From: a virus
Lineage: Duplodnaviria > Heunggongvirae > Uroviricota > Caudoviricetes
Length of the DNA: 64,000 bases
Virus record (IMG/VR): IMGVR_UViG_3300045597_000172
Direction: 5' to 3' (one strand)
The position numbers and the translations under genes were made by a program. Below are positions 29,128 through 39,964 of the stretch, piece after piece (the first letter of the stretch is position 1; every line of letters begins with the position of its first letter). The notes beneath the pieces were generated by a model. That model saw nothing but the letters and a program-made list of their open reading frames with translations. It was not told the DNA's origin and ran no database searches.

Positions 29128-29301
29128 ATTTTGCATTAAAAAATCAAATAGCGTCTACGCACCGTAGACGTTTTGTAAACAAATTGTGGTTTTTGTGGTA
29201 TAATAATAATGTTTAACGGGTAAATAAATAGACAGTGACATAAAGTCACTGCCTGACGACTACTCACCCGAATAAAAAATAGAAAGGATGTTCTAAAGCT
29301 C

Positions 29302-31650
29302 ATGCCAAATCCTTTAAAACGCTGGATAGAGAGTGACCGGCATAAATTAAAGAAAATTGATCAAATCGCACGACGAGTTGAAAGTTATGCGCCCGCATAC
29401 GCTAAACTTTCAGATCACGACCTGCAAGCAAAAACTCCAGAATTCCGACAAAGAGTTGCTGATGGAGCAACTCTTGATGACATTCTACCAGAAGCATTTG
29501 CCGTTTGTCGAGAGGCAGCATTTCGGGTACTTGGAATGCGCCCCTATCATGTTCAAATTATGGGCGGTATTATTTTGCACCAAGGTGACATTGCTGAAAT
29601 GCGGACTGGTGAAGGTAAAACCTTAACTGCTACGATGCCGGTTTACCTAAATGCAATCTGTCATAAAGGCGTACATGTTATTACGGTTAACGAATATTTA
29701 TCTGGACGTGATGCTGAAGAAATGAAGCCGTTGTATAACTGGTTAGGCTGTACCGTTGGCGCCAACAATAGTAAAAAGTCGGCCAGTGAAAAACGTGAAG
29801 CTTATAATTGCGACATTATGTATTCAACCCACAGTGAAATTGGCTTTGATTATCTTCGTGATAATATGGCCGACTATCCAGAAGATCAAGTTCAAAAACC
29901 CTTTAACTTCGCGCTTGTTGATGAAGTTGATTCGGTTTTAATTGATGAAGCTAAGACACCATTAATTGTTTCCGGAAATAACGAAACACCAACTGTGTTG
30001 TGTAAAGAAGTTGATCGTTTCGTAAAACTTCTCAAAAAAGATGTCCATTACAAAACGGATGCCGAAAGCAAGACCGTTATTCTAACACCCGAAGGGATGC
30101 AACAAGCTCAAAACTATTTTAACTTGGATAATCTGTACAGCGGCGACAATCCAATTTTGTCACATCATATTGATAAAGCGTTAAATGCAAATTATATGAT
30201 GGAACGCGACAAAGACTACATGGTCAAAAACGGAGAGATCCTGATTATCGACTCATTTACGGGTCGCGCAATGAGTGGACGACGTTTTTCAGACGGATTA
30301 CATCAAGCACTCGAAGCTAAAGAACATGTCGAAATTAAAAAAGAAAACAAAACGATGGCCAGTATTACGTATCAAAACTTGTTTAGAATGTATCCAGTCT
30401 TAGCTGGCATGACTGGGACTGCAAAAACCGAGAAAGAAGAATTCCGTGAGATTTACCGCATGGATGTCATTACGGTTCCGACTAATCGCCCGATTCTTAG
30501 AATTGATGAACCAGATGCAATTTATCCAACGGTTAATGCTAAATTCAAAGCAGTCGTTAACAAAATAAAAGACCTTCACGCAAAACAGCAGCCTGTCCTG
30601 ATTGGTACGATTGCCGTTGAATCTTCAGAAAAGTTATCTAATATGCTGGATAAAGCTGGTTTAGATCACGTTACGCTAAATGCTAAAAATGACAAGGCCG
30701 AAGCCGAAATCGTTAAAAAAGCTGGGCATCTCGGTGCGATTACGATTGCAACTAACATGGCATCCCGCGGAACTGACATCAAATTAAGTAAACAAGTCAA
30801 AAGTCTTGGCGGCCTAGCCGTGATTGGTACTGAACGTGCTGAATCTCGTCGCGTTGATGATCAACTGCGTGGCCGTGCTGGACGTCAAGGTGATCCCGGA
30901 TTTTCACAGTTTTATTTATCCCTCGAAGATGATCTCATGCTCAGATTTGGTGGCAAACTGATTAAATCCTATTTGGATAAAGTTGCGCCTGACCAAGAAG
31001 ATCTTGCGATTACGTCCAAGTTGATGAGTCACCAAATCGAAAATGCACAGAAACAAGTTGAAGGAAATAACTACGATTCTCGTAAGCAAACCCTAAGTTA
31101 CGACAATATTCTACGTGAGCAGCGTGAAGTTATTTATCAGCAGCGTCAGCTCGTCATTGATGAAAAAGATAACTTAGAAGACGTTCTGAAATCAATGATT
31201 AAACGCACGATTAACCGTGAAGTTGACAACTGCACGGCATCAGAACAATCTACGTGGGATTATCAAGAATTACTTGAATTCGGACAAGAAATCATTAATC
31301 ACGAAATTTCATACGGTGATTTACAACTGCTTTCAAGACAACAGCTCAAAGAATTTTTATTGCACCGTGCTAATCAAGTCTATTATCAAAAGAAAAAAGC
31401 TATTCCGACTGCTAAACAATTACTTGAATTGCAGCGGGTTACAATTTTGAAAGTTGTTGATGCTAACTGGGCTGAACACATTGATAAGATGTCACAATTT
31501 AAAGATTCCGTTCAGATGCGAAGTTATGCTCAGATCAACCCCGTGATTGCGTACCAAACCGATAGTTTCAAGATGTTCAATCAAATGATTGCTACGATTG
31601 ACTATCAAGTAACCAAGAAATTTTTAACTGCAAAAATCATTACTGAATAA
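29302..31650 (+). CDS. secA: Preprotein translocase ATPase SecA (stand-alone extra copy)
   Basis: [55 protein letters not shown]. No C-terminal Zn-binding tail. Confidence 0.95.
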   Translation: MPNPLKRWIESDRHKLKKIDQIARRVESYAPAYAKLSDHDLQAKTPEFRQRVADGATLDDILPEAFAVCREAAFRVLGMRPYHVQIMGGIILHQGDIAEMRTGEGKTLTATMPVYLNAICHKGVHVITVNEYLSGRDAEEMKPLYNWLGCTVGANNSKKSASEKREAYNCDIMYSTHSEIGFDYLRDNMADYPEDQVQKPFNFALVDEVDSVLIDEAKTPLIVSGNNETPTVLCKEVDRFVKLLKKDVHYKTDAESKTVILTPEGMQQAQNYFNLDNLYSGDNPILSHHIDKALNANYMMERDKDYMVKNGEILIIDSFTGRAMSGRRFSDGLHQALEAKEHVEIKKENKTMASITYQNLFRMYPVLAGMTGTAKTEKEEFREIYRMDVITVPTNRPILRIDEPDAIYPTVNAKFKAVVNKIKDLHAKQQPVLIGTIAVESSEKLSNMLDKAGLDHVTLNAKNDKAEAEIVKKAGHLGAITIATNMASRGTDIKLSKQVKSLGGLAVIGTERAESRRVDDQLRGRAGRQGDPGFSQFYLSLEDDLMLRFGGKLIKSYLDKVAPDQEDLAITSKLMSHQIENAQKQVEGNNYDSRKQTLSYDNILREQREVIYQQRQLVIDEKDNLEDVLKSMIKRTINREVDNCTASEQSTWDYQELLEFGQEIINHEISYGDLQLLSRQQLKEFLLHRANQVYYQKKKAIPTAKQLLELQRVTILKVVDANWAEHIDKMSQFKDSVQMRSYAQINPVIAYQTDSFKMFNQMIATIDYQVTKKFLTAKIITE

Positions 31651-31671
31651 GCTAAAAGGGAGTGCATTTTA

Positions 31672-32208
31672 TTGGACACATTAAAATTAGTTGGTAAAAA
31701 ATTCGGATACTTAACGGTCGTCAAATTTGATCATGAAGCCGTAATCCAAATTAATAAACGCAAAAAACACGAATCGTTCTGGTTATGCCAATGCGATTGT
31801 GGTCGACAAAAAATTGTCAAAGGACATAATTTAGAGCAAGGCCGGACTCGTTCATGCGGTCATTTGATTTCAGAAAACTCGAAACTGACACAAAAAAATA
31901 ATCCACAGATTGTTGAGAATTTAAAAGCGTTACGTCCCGATGGTCATATGCGTGCAGATATTGAACCCGCCTATCATCCCACTCATAAATCGAAAATTGC
32001 CAAAAATAACAAATCCGGAATTACCGGCGTAACATTTTGCTTGGTTAATAACAAACCACGTTGGGTAGCCAAACTGTATTATCAAGGACGTTACGTTTTG
32101 AATCGTCGTTTTGAAGATAAAGAAGATGCCATCAAGGCTCGTTTAGCAGCCGAAAAGAAATACTTGAAAAAATCATTTGAGTATCAAGAAAGGAAGTCAA
32201 TCAAATGA
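31672..32208 (+). CDS. CxC-CG zinc module plus AP2 DNA-binding domain protein
   Basis: LVGKKFGYLTV, WLCQCDCG...GRTRSCG, NKSGITGV...WVA...F..KEDAIKARLAAEKKY. TTG start. Confidence 0.8.
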   Translation: MDTLKLVGKKFGYLTVVKFDHEAVIQINKRKKHESFWLCQCDCGRQKIVKGHNLEQGRTRSCGHLISENSKLTQKNNPQIVENLKALRPDGHMRADIEPAYHPTHKSKIAKNNKSGITGVTFCLVNNKPRWVAKLYYQGRYVLNRRFEDKEDAIKARLAAEKKYLKKSFEYQERKSIK

Positions 32209-32633
32209 AAAGTCTGACGAAAGAACCGCCTGAATGGGATACTGTACCGTGTCCGAATTGTGGCGGTAAAGTTATATACATTTCAAATTCCGAAATCTAT
32301 CACGGAACAAGTTACGGTAACGGAAAATGTTATTATTGCACGAAATGTTCCGCCATGTGCGGCGTTCATAGTGATCGTAATGATTATAAAAAGCCTACTA
32401 GACGACCGCTTGGTTTATTAGCGACAACCAGAATGAGGCAAAAAAAGATGAAATGCCACGAAGCATTCGATATGGTCTGGCGTAGAAAACAGTTACGCAA
32501 ACGACAAGATTGTTACCGGATATTAGCTACGCAAATGGGAATTCCTAAAAAACAATGTCATTTTGGCTGGTTTAACGAATCACGTTTGAATCAAGCCTTG
32601 GTAATCTTACAAAACCCTGATTGGTACAAGTAA
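32205..32633 (+). CDS. Zinc-finger protein (DUF3268-like)
   Basis: CPNCGGKV, YYCTKCSAMCGVH, PLGLLA, CHEAFD.VW, CHFGWF. Confidence 0.75.
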   Translation: MKSLTKEPPEWDTVPCPNCGGKVIYISNSEIYHGTSYGNGKCYYCTKCSAMCGVHSDRNDYKKPTRRPLGLLATTRMRQKKMKCHEAFDMVWRRKQLRKRQDCYRILATQMGIPKKQCHFGWFNESRLNQALVILQNPDWYK

Positions 32634-32654
32634 TACGAAAGGAGGTGCTGATGA

Positions 32655-32981
32655 TTGAAAAAAATACTTGTTGTACTAATATGCGGACTATCATTATTTG
32701 TGGTATCCGCATGTTCATCAACTCACGCTGATTACACTACTGCTCAAGCTGAAAATGCGCTAAACGCCGGAAAGTCGATTGACAATAAAACCGTTGATGT
32801 AACGGTCAAAACACTAATTCCAAACAGTGCATTTGGTTATAACATTGAAGCCGGAAAACATCTAAACTTTGTTTCTTCTAAAAATCCAAATGTTAAAGCT
32901 GGAAAGACAATCCGAGTGAAAGTAGACAAAGTTCAAAGTTTTGCAGGATCGTATATTATAAATTATACAGTCGTGAAATAA
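32655..32981 (+). CDS. Small lipoprotein
   Basis: Lipobox VSAC after hydrophobic N-terminus. Confidence 0.75.
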   Translation: MKKILVVLICGLSLFVVSACSSTHADYTTAQAENALNAGKSIDNKTVDVTVKTLIPNSAFGYNIEAGKHLNFVSSKNPNVKAGKTIRVKVDKVQSFAGSYIINYTVVK

Positions 32982-32987
32982 TAAAAT

Positions 32988-33111
32988 AAAAACCACTAAC
33001 TAAACAGTTAGTGGTTTTTTTGTTGTGTGAAAAACGTGATCGACTGCGTTGGGGTTTACAGTCAGATCAATTAGCATTGGTATATTTTTTACATGGTCTG
33101 GGTATCGACCA
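32988..33111 (-). ncRNA. Candidate ~125-nt sRNA (two hairpins plus bidirectional terminator)
   Basis: TGnTATAAT at 33118-33126, stems 33094-33111 and 33038-33068, terminator 32988-33019. Confidence 0.5.
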
Positions 33112-33246
33112 GTTCACATTATAACACAATTTTAGTAACAAAAAACGCCACAGTATAACTACTGTGACGAAAAAAGAGTATCCGTGCATGCGGTATGTAG
33201 CAGCGGGTACTTTTAGTATAGCTAACAAATTTGCAAATAGCAATTC

Positions 33247-33762
33247 TTATTTTTCGATGAATTTGCTCAGATATTTTTTTTCAGCATCTAACCGTGCTTG
33301 GACGGCTTCGGCCTTTGTTTTGAAACTACGATTCAAGACATACTTACCGTGATAATACAATTTAGCAATCCAAAGTATCTGGTTTTTATCAACTTGGCAA
33401 CTGACACCTGTTACGCCGGACGTATTGGTTATCCGTTTCGTTTTACTTGCAGTTGGATGCCAGTTCTTCTCGAATTCGGGTTTGATATGCCCATTATCAT
33501 CAAGCAAATCTTGAATGTGTTTCATTCTGGAATCGTACTTTAATAAATTAGATCTCGATTCGCGGCTCAAACAGCCGCACGATCGGGTATTACCGTTACG
33601 TAAATTATCAGACGTCGCAATTGTTTGCTTACCGCAGTCGCATTGACATTTCCAGCAAGGTGTCTTACGCGGTTTTTTAATGCCCATAACTTTTGAACCG
33701 GCTCTGGCGATAACCGTTAAACGGCCATACCGTTTGCCAATTAAATCAATTGCTCTTGACAT
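33247..33762 (-). CDS. CxC-CG zinc module plus AP2 domain protein (paralog of 31672)
   Basis: MSRAIDLIGKRYGRLTV (ATG 33762), WKCQCDCG...GNTRSCGC, NTSGVTGV...AEAVQARLDAEKKY. Confidence 0.8.
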   Translation of the reverse strand: MSRAIDLIGKRYGRLTVIARAGSKVMGIKKPRKTPCWKCQCDCGKQTIATSDNLRNGNTRSCGCLSRESRSNLLKYDSRMKHIQDLLDDNGHIKPEFEKNWHPTASKTKRITNTSGVTGVSCQVDKNQILWIAKLYYHGKYVLNRSFKTKAEAVQARLDAEKKYLSKFIEK

Positions 33763-33772
33763 CTCAATCACC

Positions 33773-34276
33773 TCATTCCGTAACTTCAGAGACATAATGA
33801 ATTGTATGCTGATCAATCCGATCATGTTCCGTATGATTTTGTAATAGAACATCAAACTCATCCAAAACGTCATCACTCAATTCATCAATCCTAACCGGAG
33901 TCGTTACGATCAGCGGAACGCCCATTTGCTTAGCTAATACCTCAGATGATTTCAAAACTTCTTGAATCGTAATCGTGTTGTTTTGATAACCATCACTGAC
34001 TAACGCTATCGGAACATTGTTTAATAACGCGTCCAAAAAGTTTTTACGAGCGGTATTATCATTTACGGATAACAAAATTTTATACGGACTCTCTGCAATA
34101 TCGTGAGATAATTGCTTTAAAAGCGCATTACTGTTTTGACGTGCTTGCTCAATAGTCGGGGTTGTCAACACACGTTGTACTTGTGTTTTTGAAACGCCAA
34201 CGGCACTTGAAATTTCTCTAATCGAACGTCCATCTTTTCGTAGACTATAAATTTTTTCTAGTGAAACTCGGTTCAT
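33773..34276 (-). CDS. HTH DNA-binding protein
   Basis: N-terminal SIREISSAVGVSKTQVQRVL helix-turn-helix. Confidence 0.7.
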   Translation of the reverse strand: MNRVSLEKIYSLRKDGRSIREISSAVGVSKTQVQRVLTTPTIEQARQNSNALLKQLSHDIAESPYKILLSVNDNTARKNFLDALLNNVPIALVSDGYQNNTITIQEVLKSSEVLAKQMGVPLIVTTPVRIDELSDDVLDEFDVLLQNHTEHDRIDQHTIHYVSEVTE

Positions 34277-34620
34277 CTTACGTCACGTCCTTTATTGTTG
34301 ATGCACCAAGTGTACCACTGCTGTCCCATGTTTGTAAAGAGATTGTAAATTACAAGCTGGATCGCATAATTGTTTTATGTGACGTTATTCTTAATATAAA
34401 CCCGGTGTAACGAGTTTAAACACCGACTCGAATAATCACACTCAAACTCAACTAAAACCTCTCAGAAGCCAAAAAAAAGCGTCTGACGTTTGCCAGACAC
34501 TCATACGAAACGATTTATTTGATTAAAATTTCCAATCTGCATTTTATCTGCATAATTGTTATTAAAATCTCGACTTCTTTGGATTTGATCTGCATCTTAT
34601 CTGATTATTTACCAGTAATC

Positions 34621-35232
34621 CTAGATACCATGGAATTGATTTGATTTAATTCCTAAATAAATGTGATTATCATAAACCAAAAATTTGAAAACATGTTTCT
34701 CGTTAGGATACTTGAACCATCGCTTACGCTCTATTGCCTCGTGTTCTGAATCATAGAATTTTACCGAGTTCTTTCCCCATTGTGGATTACCACTTTTTGT
34801 GTAAGAAAAAAATGCAGGTATTCCGTTTTTCAATTTGATAATAACATAACGATTGCGATTTTTACGAAGTAAATATCTAAAATAACTAGCTTCTCGTTTA
34901 CCTCGTCCATCGTGGAATCTTGTCGCGACATACATGTTTCCAACAATCCGTAAATCATAAGAACCACGATCAGATGTTTGATCACCATAAAAATACATTG
35001 ATGATTTTGCGAAAAACGAAACAACTTTTCCAATATTATTTGATGCCGGTCTAACTGGTTTAATATTGATCTTGAACCATAAATGATCGACGATCTGTTT
35101 TCCGTTTGCATCCTGAATATTAGTCAAACAAGTCGAAATTTTATCAGGGTTATCAAGATTCCCATAATGTGAAATCGTCGCGGTAAACTGACGAATGCCA
35201 TCAAAATTTAAAATCTCACGCTTCATTTTCAT
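34621..35232 (-). CDS. Hypothetical protein
   Basis: 203 aa basic ORF adjacent to 35243. Confidence 0.65.
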   Translation of the reverse strand: MKMKREILNFDGIRQFTATISHYGNLDNPDKISTCLTNIQDANGKQIVDHLWFKINIKPVRPASNNIGKVVSFFAKSSMYFYGDQTSDRGSYDLRIVGNMYVATRFHDGRGKREASYFRYLLRKNRNRYVIIKLKNGIPAFFSYTKSGNPQWGKNSVKFYDSEHEAIERKRWFKYPNEKHVFKFLVYDNHIYLGIKSNQFHGI

Positions 35233-35242
35233 AAGCTAAATT

Positions 35243-36229
35243 CTACTTTCCGGAAACAGGTTTCCAATCTGTTTTAACTAACCATGCAAATGTTTGTGGA
35301 ACAATCGCAGACTGTCTTGCTAAATGTCCATACTGGTTATTTAACGACAACAATTCCGAATCATAATAGACGCATTGTTCTTTCGGAAAATAAATTGCGT
35401 GTCCTAACCTAAAATCTGAATATAAAAGTGGTTTGTCTAACCCACAATGTAAATGATCATTCGAATCACCATTGGTTAAGTCATCCGCAACCGGATATTT
35501 ACTTAACGTGCCATCAAAATTTGCCAATAGCAATGCCGGTAATGTCTTATCAAATGTTTTGTATTGAGAAATCAATTCCAATTTTTTATCAGATGACATT
35601 AACGCATGTCGTTCAAATCCATCAGATAATTCCCAATGACGTTGCACTTTGTGATACATTGCTTGATCTTCATTACCACTCACCGCATACCCGTCACGTA
35701 ATAACGAAACTGGATATTCACGATTGATCACAAAATCATTATCATAAATATGCCATCGTTCATGTACACGCAATACCAAAAACGGAACCATTGACAATAA
35801 ATCCGCCGGACGATTTCCATTTTTACGATCATAGCCTGTTTTACGCAAGCATTCTTCTAAATCAATATCCAATGGCCATAAAATTTCATTCAATCGTTTT
35901 TGATGATACTGTACATAACCAACCAGATAATGATTATTTGGATATGGTGTATTAACATCTAAATGTTCGAAACTGGCTTCCGCCAGACACGGCTTTGGAT
36001 TTTTAAGATGTTTTTTCTTATTTTGCGAATAATCAAGTATTAAATTAACGTCGACATTGATGTTTTGTGCAATCGATTTTTTAAGTGTTGAATATCCGAG
36101 ATTAGAAAGAAACGGATCGACTAATAATTTTGGTGTATATCCAATAATGAGTTTTGGTTCCAAAACAGTTTTGCCTGAACCATACATTGCATGTTGTGAT
36201 GCACGCAATCTCATTTGTAAATGATCCAT
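35243..36229 (-). CDS. Hypothetical protein
   Basis: 328 aa, AAGGGAGTG SD. Confidence 0.75.
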   Translation of the reverse strand: MDHLQMRLRASQHAMYGSGKTVLEPKLIIGYTPKLLVDPFLSNLGYSTLKKSIAQNINVDVNLILDYSQNKKKHLKNPKPCLAEASFEHLDVNTPYPNNHYLVGYVQYHQKRLNEILWPLDIDLEECLRKTGYDRKNGNRPADLLSMVPFLVLRVHERWHIYDNDFVINREYPVSLLRDGYAVSGNEDQAMYHKVQRHWELSDGFERHALMSSDKKLELISQYKTFDKTLPALLLANFDGTLSKYPVADDLTNGDSNDHLHCGLDKPLLYSDFRLGHAIYFPKEQCVYYDSELLSLNNQYGHLARQSAIVPQTFAWLVKTDWKPVSGK

Positions 36230-36509
36230 CTAAATCACTCCCTTTTGAATTAGTAAAACATATTACTAACAAATAATAGCATAAAAAAGTTAATACAACA
36301 ACGAACGTCTTTCACATAATGAAACAATTTGTCAATAGTTAATTTAAAAATCGTGGCAATTGTTGTTTTGAAGTTCGCTTAAATTGCAAGACGTATCGTA
36401 TTTCGCAATATAAGAAGATATGAGACGTTTTGGAGAGATTGCTCATAATTAGTCACAAACATAATTAAAATGGAACAGTGAACCTCTCAGAACGTCGAAT
36501 TTTAAGAAT

Positions 36510-36737
36510 TCACGATTTTTTATGAGACATTGTCATATGCTTAAATTTTTCTTCTAGTGGACGTAAAAATTTACGATAGATCTTTTGTTTTTCTAACCAA
36601 GCCGGAGCTAGATGATGCAAACTATAAATCGACAATATCAAAAAAGGAATGTGCGGAATAATTGGCAGTAAAATTCCAAACACGATTCCGATCACCGAAA
36701 AACTAAATAATAAACTCCAACCGATTTTACGTAACAT
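36510..36737 (-). CDS. Small membrane protein (DUF454/YbaN-like)
   Basis: IGIVFGILLPIIPHIPFLILS pattern. Confidence 0.6.
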   Translation of the reverse strand: MLRKIGWSLLFSFSVIGIVFGILLPIIPHIPFLILSIYSLHHLAPAWLEKQKIYRKFLRPLEEKFKHMTMSHKKS

Positions 36738-36873
36738 TATTCCGCATCCTTTCAGTATAATAAAAAACTGGTCATTCGGATTATCCTAAGATTTTCCGTT
36801 TGACCAGTTCTAAAGGTTTCGTACATCTCTTGTATCTAGCATACCACGTGATGGTTATTGAATCAACGGTAAA

Positions 36874-37215
36874 TTAGTCCAACCCATTCATTACACTTGA
36901 AATAATTGATGCAATGAAAAAGAAGTATAATACTAAAACAACAATTGCAATAATAAATTGAACGAATCCGGCACGATTCCAAGTCTTTTGAACAGCTTTA
37001 AATGTTTCAACATCCTGATAGTCACCGTCACGCCATGCCCACTCATTACCTTTAGCGCCGCAAACAAACATCCAAACTAAATTAAAAACTGGAATCAAAC
37101 ACAATAATGGCAAATACGTTTTGTTACCAATTCCCCACATCCAGTTATACGCAAATGCGCCCCAATTCCAACCCTTAACTTCATTTATCTTTGGATCATC
37201 CATAAATATCCCCAC
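36874..37215 (-). CDS. Conserved small membrane protein
   Basis: WNWGAF..NWMWGIGNKTY...CGAKGNEWAW plus C-terminal TM. Confidence 0.7.
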   Translation of the reverse strand: MGIFMDDPKINEVKGWNWGAFAYNWMWGIGNKTYLPLLCLIPVFNLVWMFVCGAKGNEWAWRDGDYQDVETFKAVQKTWNRAGFVQFIIAIVVLVLYFFFIASIISSVMNGLD

Positions 37216-37310
37216 CTAATTAAATTTTTAGTACCTCTACAGTATACGCAGTTTTGACACAATTTGATACTCCAAAATAAATAAGCCTCTAAAAATTAGA
37301 GGCTTACTCG

Positions 37311-39251
37311 TTATTGTTGCATATCTTGCGCTTGTTTTAACATCGATTGTACCGCACGATCAACATCTTGCGGTTGAATAATCAATAATTGATCATCCGT
37401 CAACTGACTGGTATCATTTTGAGCCAGCCGCGTATCCCGCATTTCGGTAACTTTTTGAACATAGTTTCGAATAAACCGCCCATTACCGGCCGTATTTTGA
37501 CGAGATACCACTGGTAATAACGTATCGATACCTTTATCCAATACTTTCATCGTTTCCGCATTGGCTAATCGGGCATGACTATCTTCTAACTTCAGCCGCT
37601 CAATCTTCTTCAATTCAATCGGCGTATAATCCGGAAATTCAACCCAGTTATTATTCCGCGAAGCCAACCCTTTATTACCACGACGGAAAAGGTCACTCAT
37701 ATCTTCGGTGTACCCTGCCATAATAACAACTAACCGATCGGAATAATTTTCCATATCAGCAATCAATTCGGTAACCGCCTCATCATTAAACGTGTTTCCA
37801 CCATCTTTTGGCGGTGCCAATTCATATGCTTCATCAATAAATAGTACGCCATCTAATGCGCTACGAACCACTTCTTTAGTTTTAGGCGCGGTTTCGCCGA
37901 CATGTTTACCAACCAAATCCGCTTGCCGAGCTTCCACAAATTTAGTTGATCGTAAAACACCCGCTTCATATAACGCTTGACCAACCAACCGAGCAACGAC
38001 CGTTTTACCAGTACCGGGACTACCCGCAAAAACTAAACTCAAATTTAGTTTGTCTTTATTGTTACTCAAGCCGCGTTTACGACGTTCGGCATTCATTTTA
38101 GCTTGCGCAATAATCTGCTTTAAACGCGATTTGACATTCTTCAAACCAATCATTCGATCTAATTCTTCCAAAGCACTTCGTGACTTTTTGATTTCACCAG
38201 CGACTTTAGTATTACCTGTAATGTTTAATTTTGATTGACTATCAAACAATTGCGAATGTGAATTCCGATTTGATAGTTTAACTTGTGGGTCATGCTGCCA
38301 CTGACTATCATCAGTAACATTTTCAAACGTCAAATCACCGCTGCGCGCAACATTTTTCAAACCGGTGTTACTAAGATAAGCATCATCAATTGTTAACGAT
38401 CCGCCAACCAAACCCAAACTACGATATTTAGGCAATTCAAGGTTAGTCTTAAAATCTTGTTTAGCCGGATCAATTTGACTAAGATGTGTAGCTTCGAAAC
38501 GTGTATTATCACCAACAATTAAACTTGTCGCATCTCCACCTTGATTCCCATGATCTGAACGATGATTAATCACCGGTAACTGCGTCAATGCTAAATCCGA
38601 AGCAGAAACTTGCATATTATCAAAACGAGTATTACCACCGATTGCACAACCTCTAACTCGTGCTTGGCTACTCTTATCACGGCCTGCCACTAAAATATTT
38701 TGTAATGCTGATTTCTCAAATGAACACTGTGTTGCAATGATTTTAGAATTATCAACGAACCAGTCACCAATATTTGAGTTGTTAAGCGTAATTGAATTAA
38801 CATCCGCCTGCATTAAATCAATCACACAATTATTAAGTTCAACGTTGGCTTGTCCTTCAGTATCAAGAACTAAACCGTTGTATGGTGTTGTGACGCCCTT
38901 GCGATGATATACCCGAACATCATCCAATATCAATCGCAACCGCTTTGCATTACACCTTAAACCTAACGCTGAATCTGATAATTGAATATCTAAATGCCGC
39001 AACGTGATAACTCCAGAAACATTTGCGCCAATCATAAATGCTGGTTGTCTTTCTTTTGGATCTAAGACTGGCCGTTTACGATCTGGATCACCGCTTAGCG
39101 TTACGCCATTTTTCAACATAATGGTTTGTTCAAGTTTCAAACTGTTACTATTTACGATAATCGTATCTTTATCCATCGCTTTTTTCATTGCGTTTTCGAT
39201 TGTTTTTTCACCACGCTTAAAACCTTTGCGTGACGTATAAAAAATTGCCAT
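37311..39251 (-). CDS. Right-handed beta-helix domain fused to a CbbX/SpoVK/EccA-type AAA+ ATPase
   Basis: Pectin-lyase-like N-terminus, LDRMIGLKNVK, GSPGTGKT, DLVGKHVGETAPKT, VLFIDEAY, NGRFIRN. Confidence 0.85.
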   Translation of the reverse strand: MAIFYTSRKGFKRGEKTIENAMKKAMDKDTIIVNSNSLKLEQTIMLKNGVTLSGDPDRKRPVLDPKERQPAFMIGANVSGVITLRHLDIQLSDSALGLRCNAKRLRLILDDVRVYHRKGVTTPYNGLVLDTEGQANVELNNCVIDLMQADVNSITLNNSNIGDWFVDNSKIIATQCSFEKSALQNILVAGRDKSSQARVRGCAIGGNTRFDNMQVSASDLALTQLPVINHRSDHGNQGGDATSLIVGDNTRFEATHLSQIDPAKQDFKTNLELPKYRSLGLVGGSLTIDDAYLSNTGLKNVARSGDLTFENVTDDSQWQHDPQVKLSNRNSHSQLFDSQSKLNITGNTKVAGEIKKSRSALEELDRMIGLKNVKSRLKQIIAQAKMNAERRKRGLSNNKDKLNLSLVFAGSPGTGKTVVARLVGQALYEAGVLRSTKFVEARQADLVGKHVGETAPKTKEVVRSALDGVLFIDEAYELAPPKDGGNTFNDEAVTELIADMENYSDRLVVIMAGYTEDMSDLFRRGNKGLASRNNNWVEFPDYTPIELKKIERLKLEDSHARLANAETMKVLDKGIDTLLPVVSRQNTAGNGRFIRNYVQKVTEMRDTRLAQNDTSQLTDDQLLIIQPQDVDRAVQSMLKQAQDMQQ

Positions 39252-39286
39252 TTACATTCATCATCCTTTCTACTTTCATATTTCAC

Positions 39287-39652
39287 TCAGCACATTCGTA
39301 ATGTCTCGCAAAGACACAAAACTTCTGCGGGTGTTGTATTGAACCATTCCTTACCGGGAGCATTCGTCTCACGTTTTTTCAATCTTAAAATTGCATGTAA
39401 CGCCTGTTCTAATAAATACGCATCATCCGTTTTGACAATCAATCCAATAATTGGCTTTTCCGGTAATGCTGTTTTTACTTGATGGTTAACTCGATCAATT
39501 GCTGAACCGGTACTCATTCCAATTTTACATGGCCAATAATATGTAGCATGCTCTGTTGCATACTTAGGCAGATAATAAACGTACACGGATTGATTACCCG
39601 TGCCAACAACTTTACAATCTGTCATCACCGCTGTACTAGTCATGAACTTCAA
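39287..39652 (-). CDS. GIY-YIG superfamily protein (T5orf172/Mug113-like)
   Basis: VYVYY...CKIGMS...R...LEQALH..L...GKEWF. Confidence 0.75.
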   Translation of the reverse strand: MKFMTSTAVMTDCKVVGTGNQSVYVYYLPKYATEHATYYWPCKIGMSTGSAIDRVNHQVKTALPEKPIIGLIVKTDDAYLLEQALHAILRLKKRETNAPGKEWFNTTPAEVLCLCETLRMC

Positions 39653-39671
39653 CTCTCTTTCTTAACAACAA

Positions 39672-39875
39672 TTATTTGACTTTACCTAACTGAGTCATAA
39701 AGGCACTTGCATCATGATTCAATAGTCCTTCAAATTTTACGATTTGATTTTCACTATCTCGAAAAACGCCAACGGCATCATTTCGATCTCTTAGCAAATA
39801 ACAAATTCGTGCATCTTTATCAGTCGCATTTGCAAAAACCTGTTTAGTATTTTCATCACGTTTCAATTTCAGCAT
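39672..39875 (-). CDS. Small hypothetical protein
   Basis: 67 aa, GGAGG SD. Confidence 0.65.
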   Translation of the reverse strand: MLKLKRDENTKQVFANATDKDARICYLLRDRNDAVGVFRDSENQIVKFEGLLNHDASAFMTQLGKVK

Positions 39876-39964
39876 TTTTTCATCCCTCCAATTCGTTGAT
39901 ATATCATTATTTTAACATGATTATACTAAAAAAGCACTAGGACAAATGCCTCGTGCTTATAATA

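Noticed and set aside
33773-34276. DnaB helicase (LAKQMGVPLIV resembles a DnaB motif)
   Set aside because: Only 167 aa with no Walker A. At most a distant fragment.
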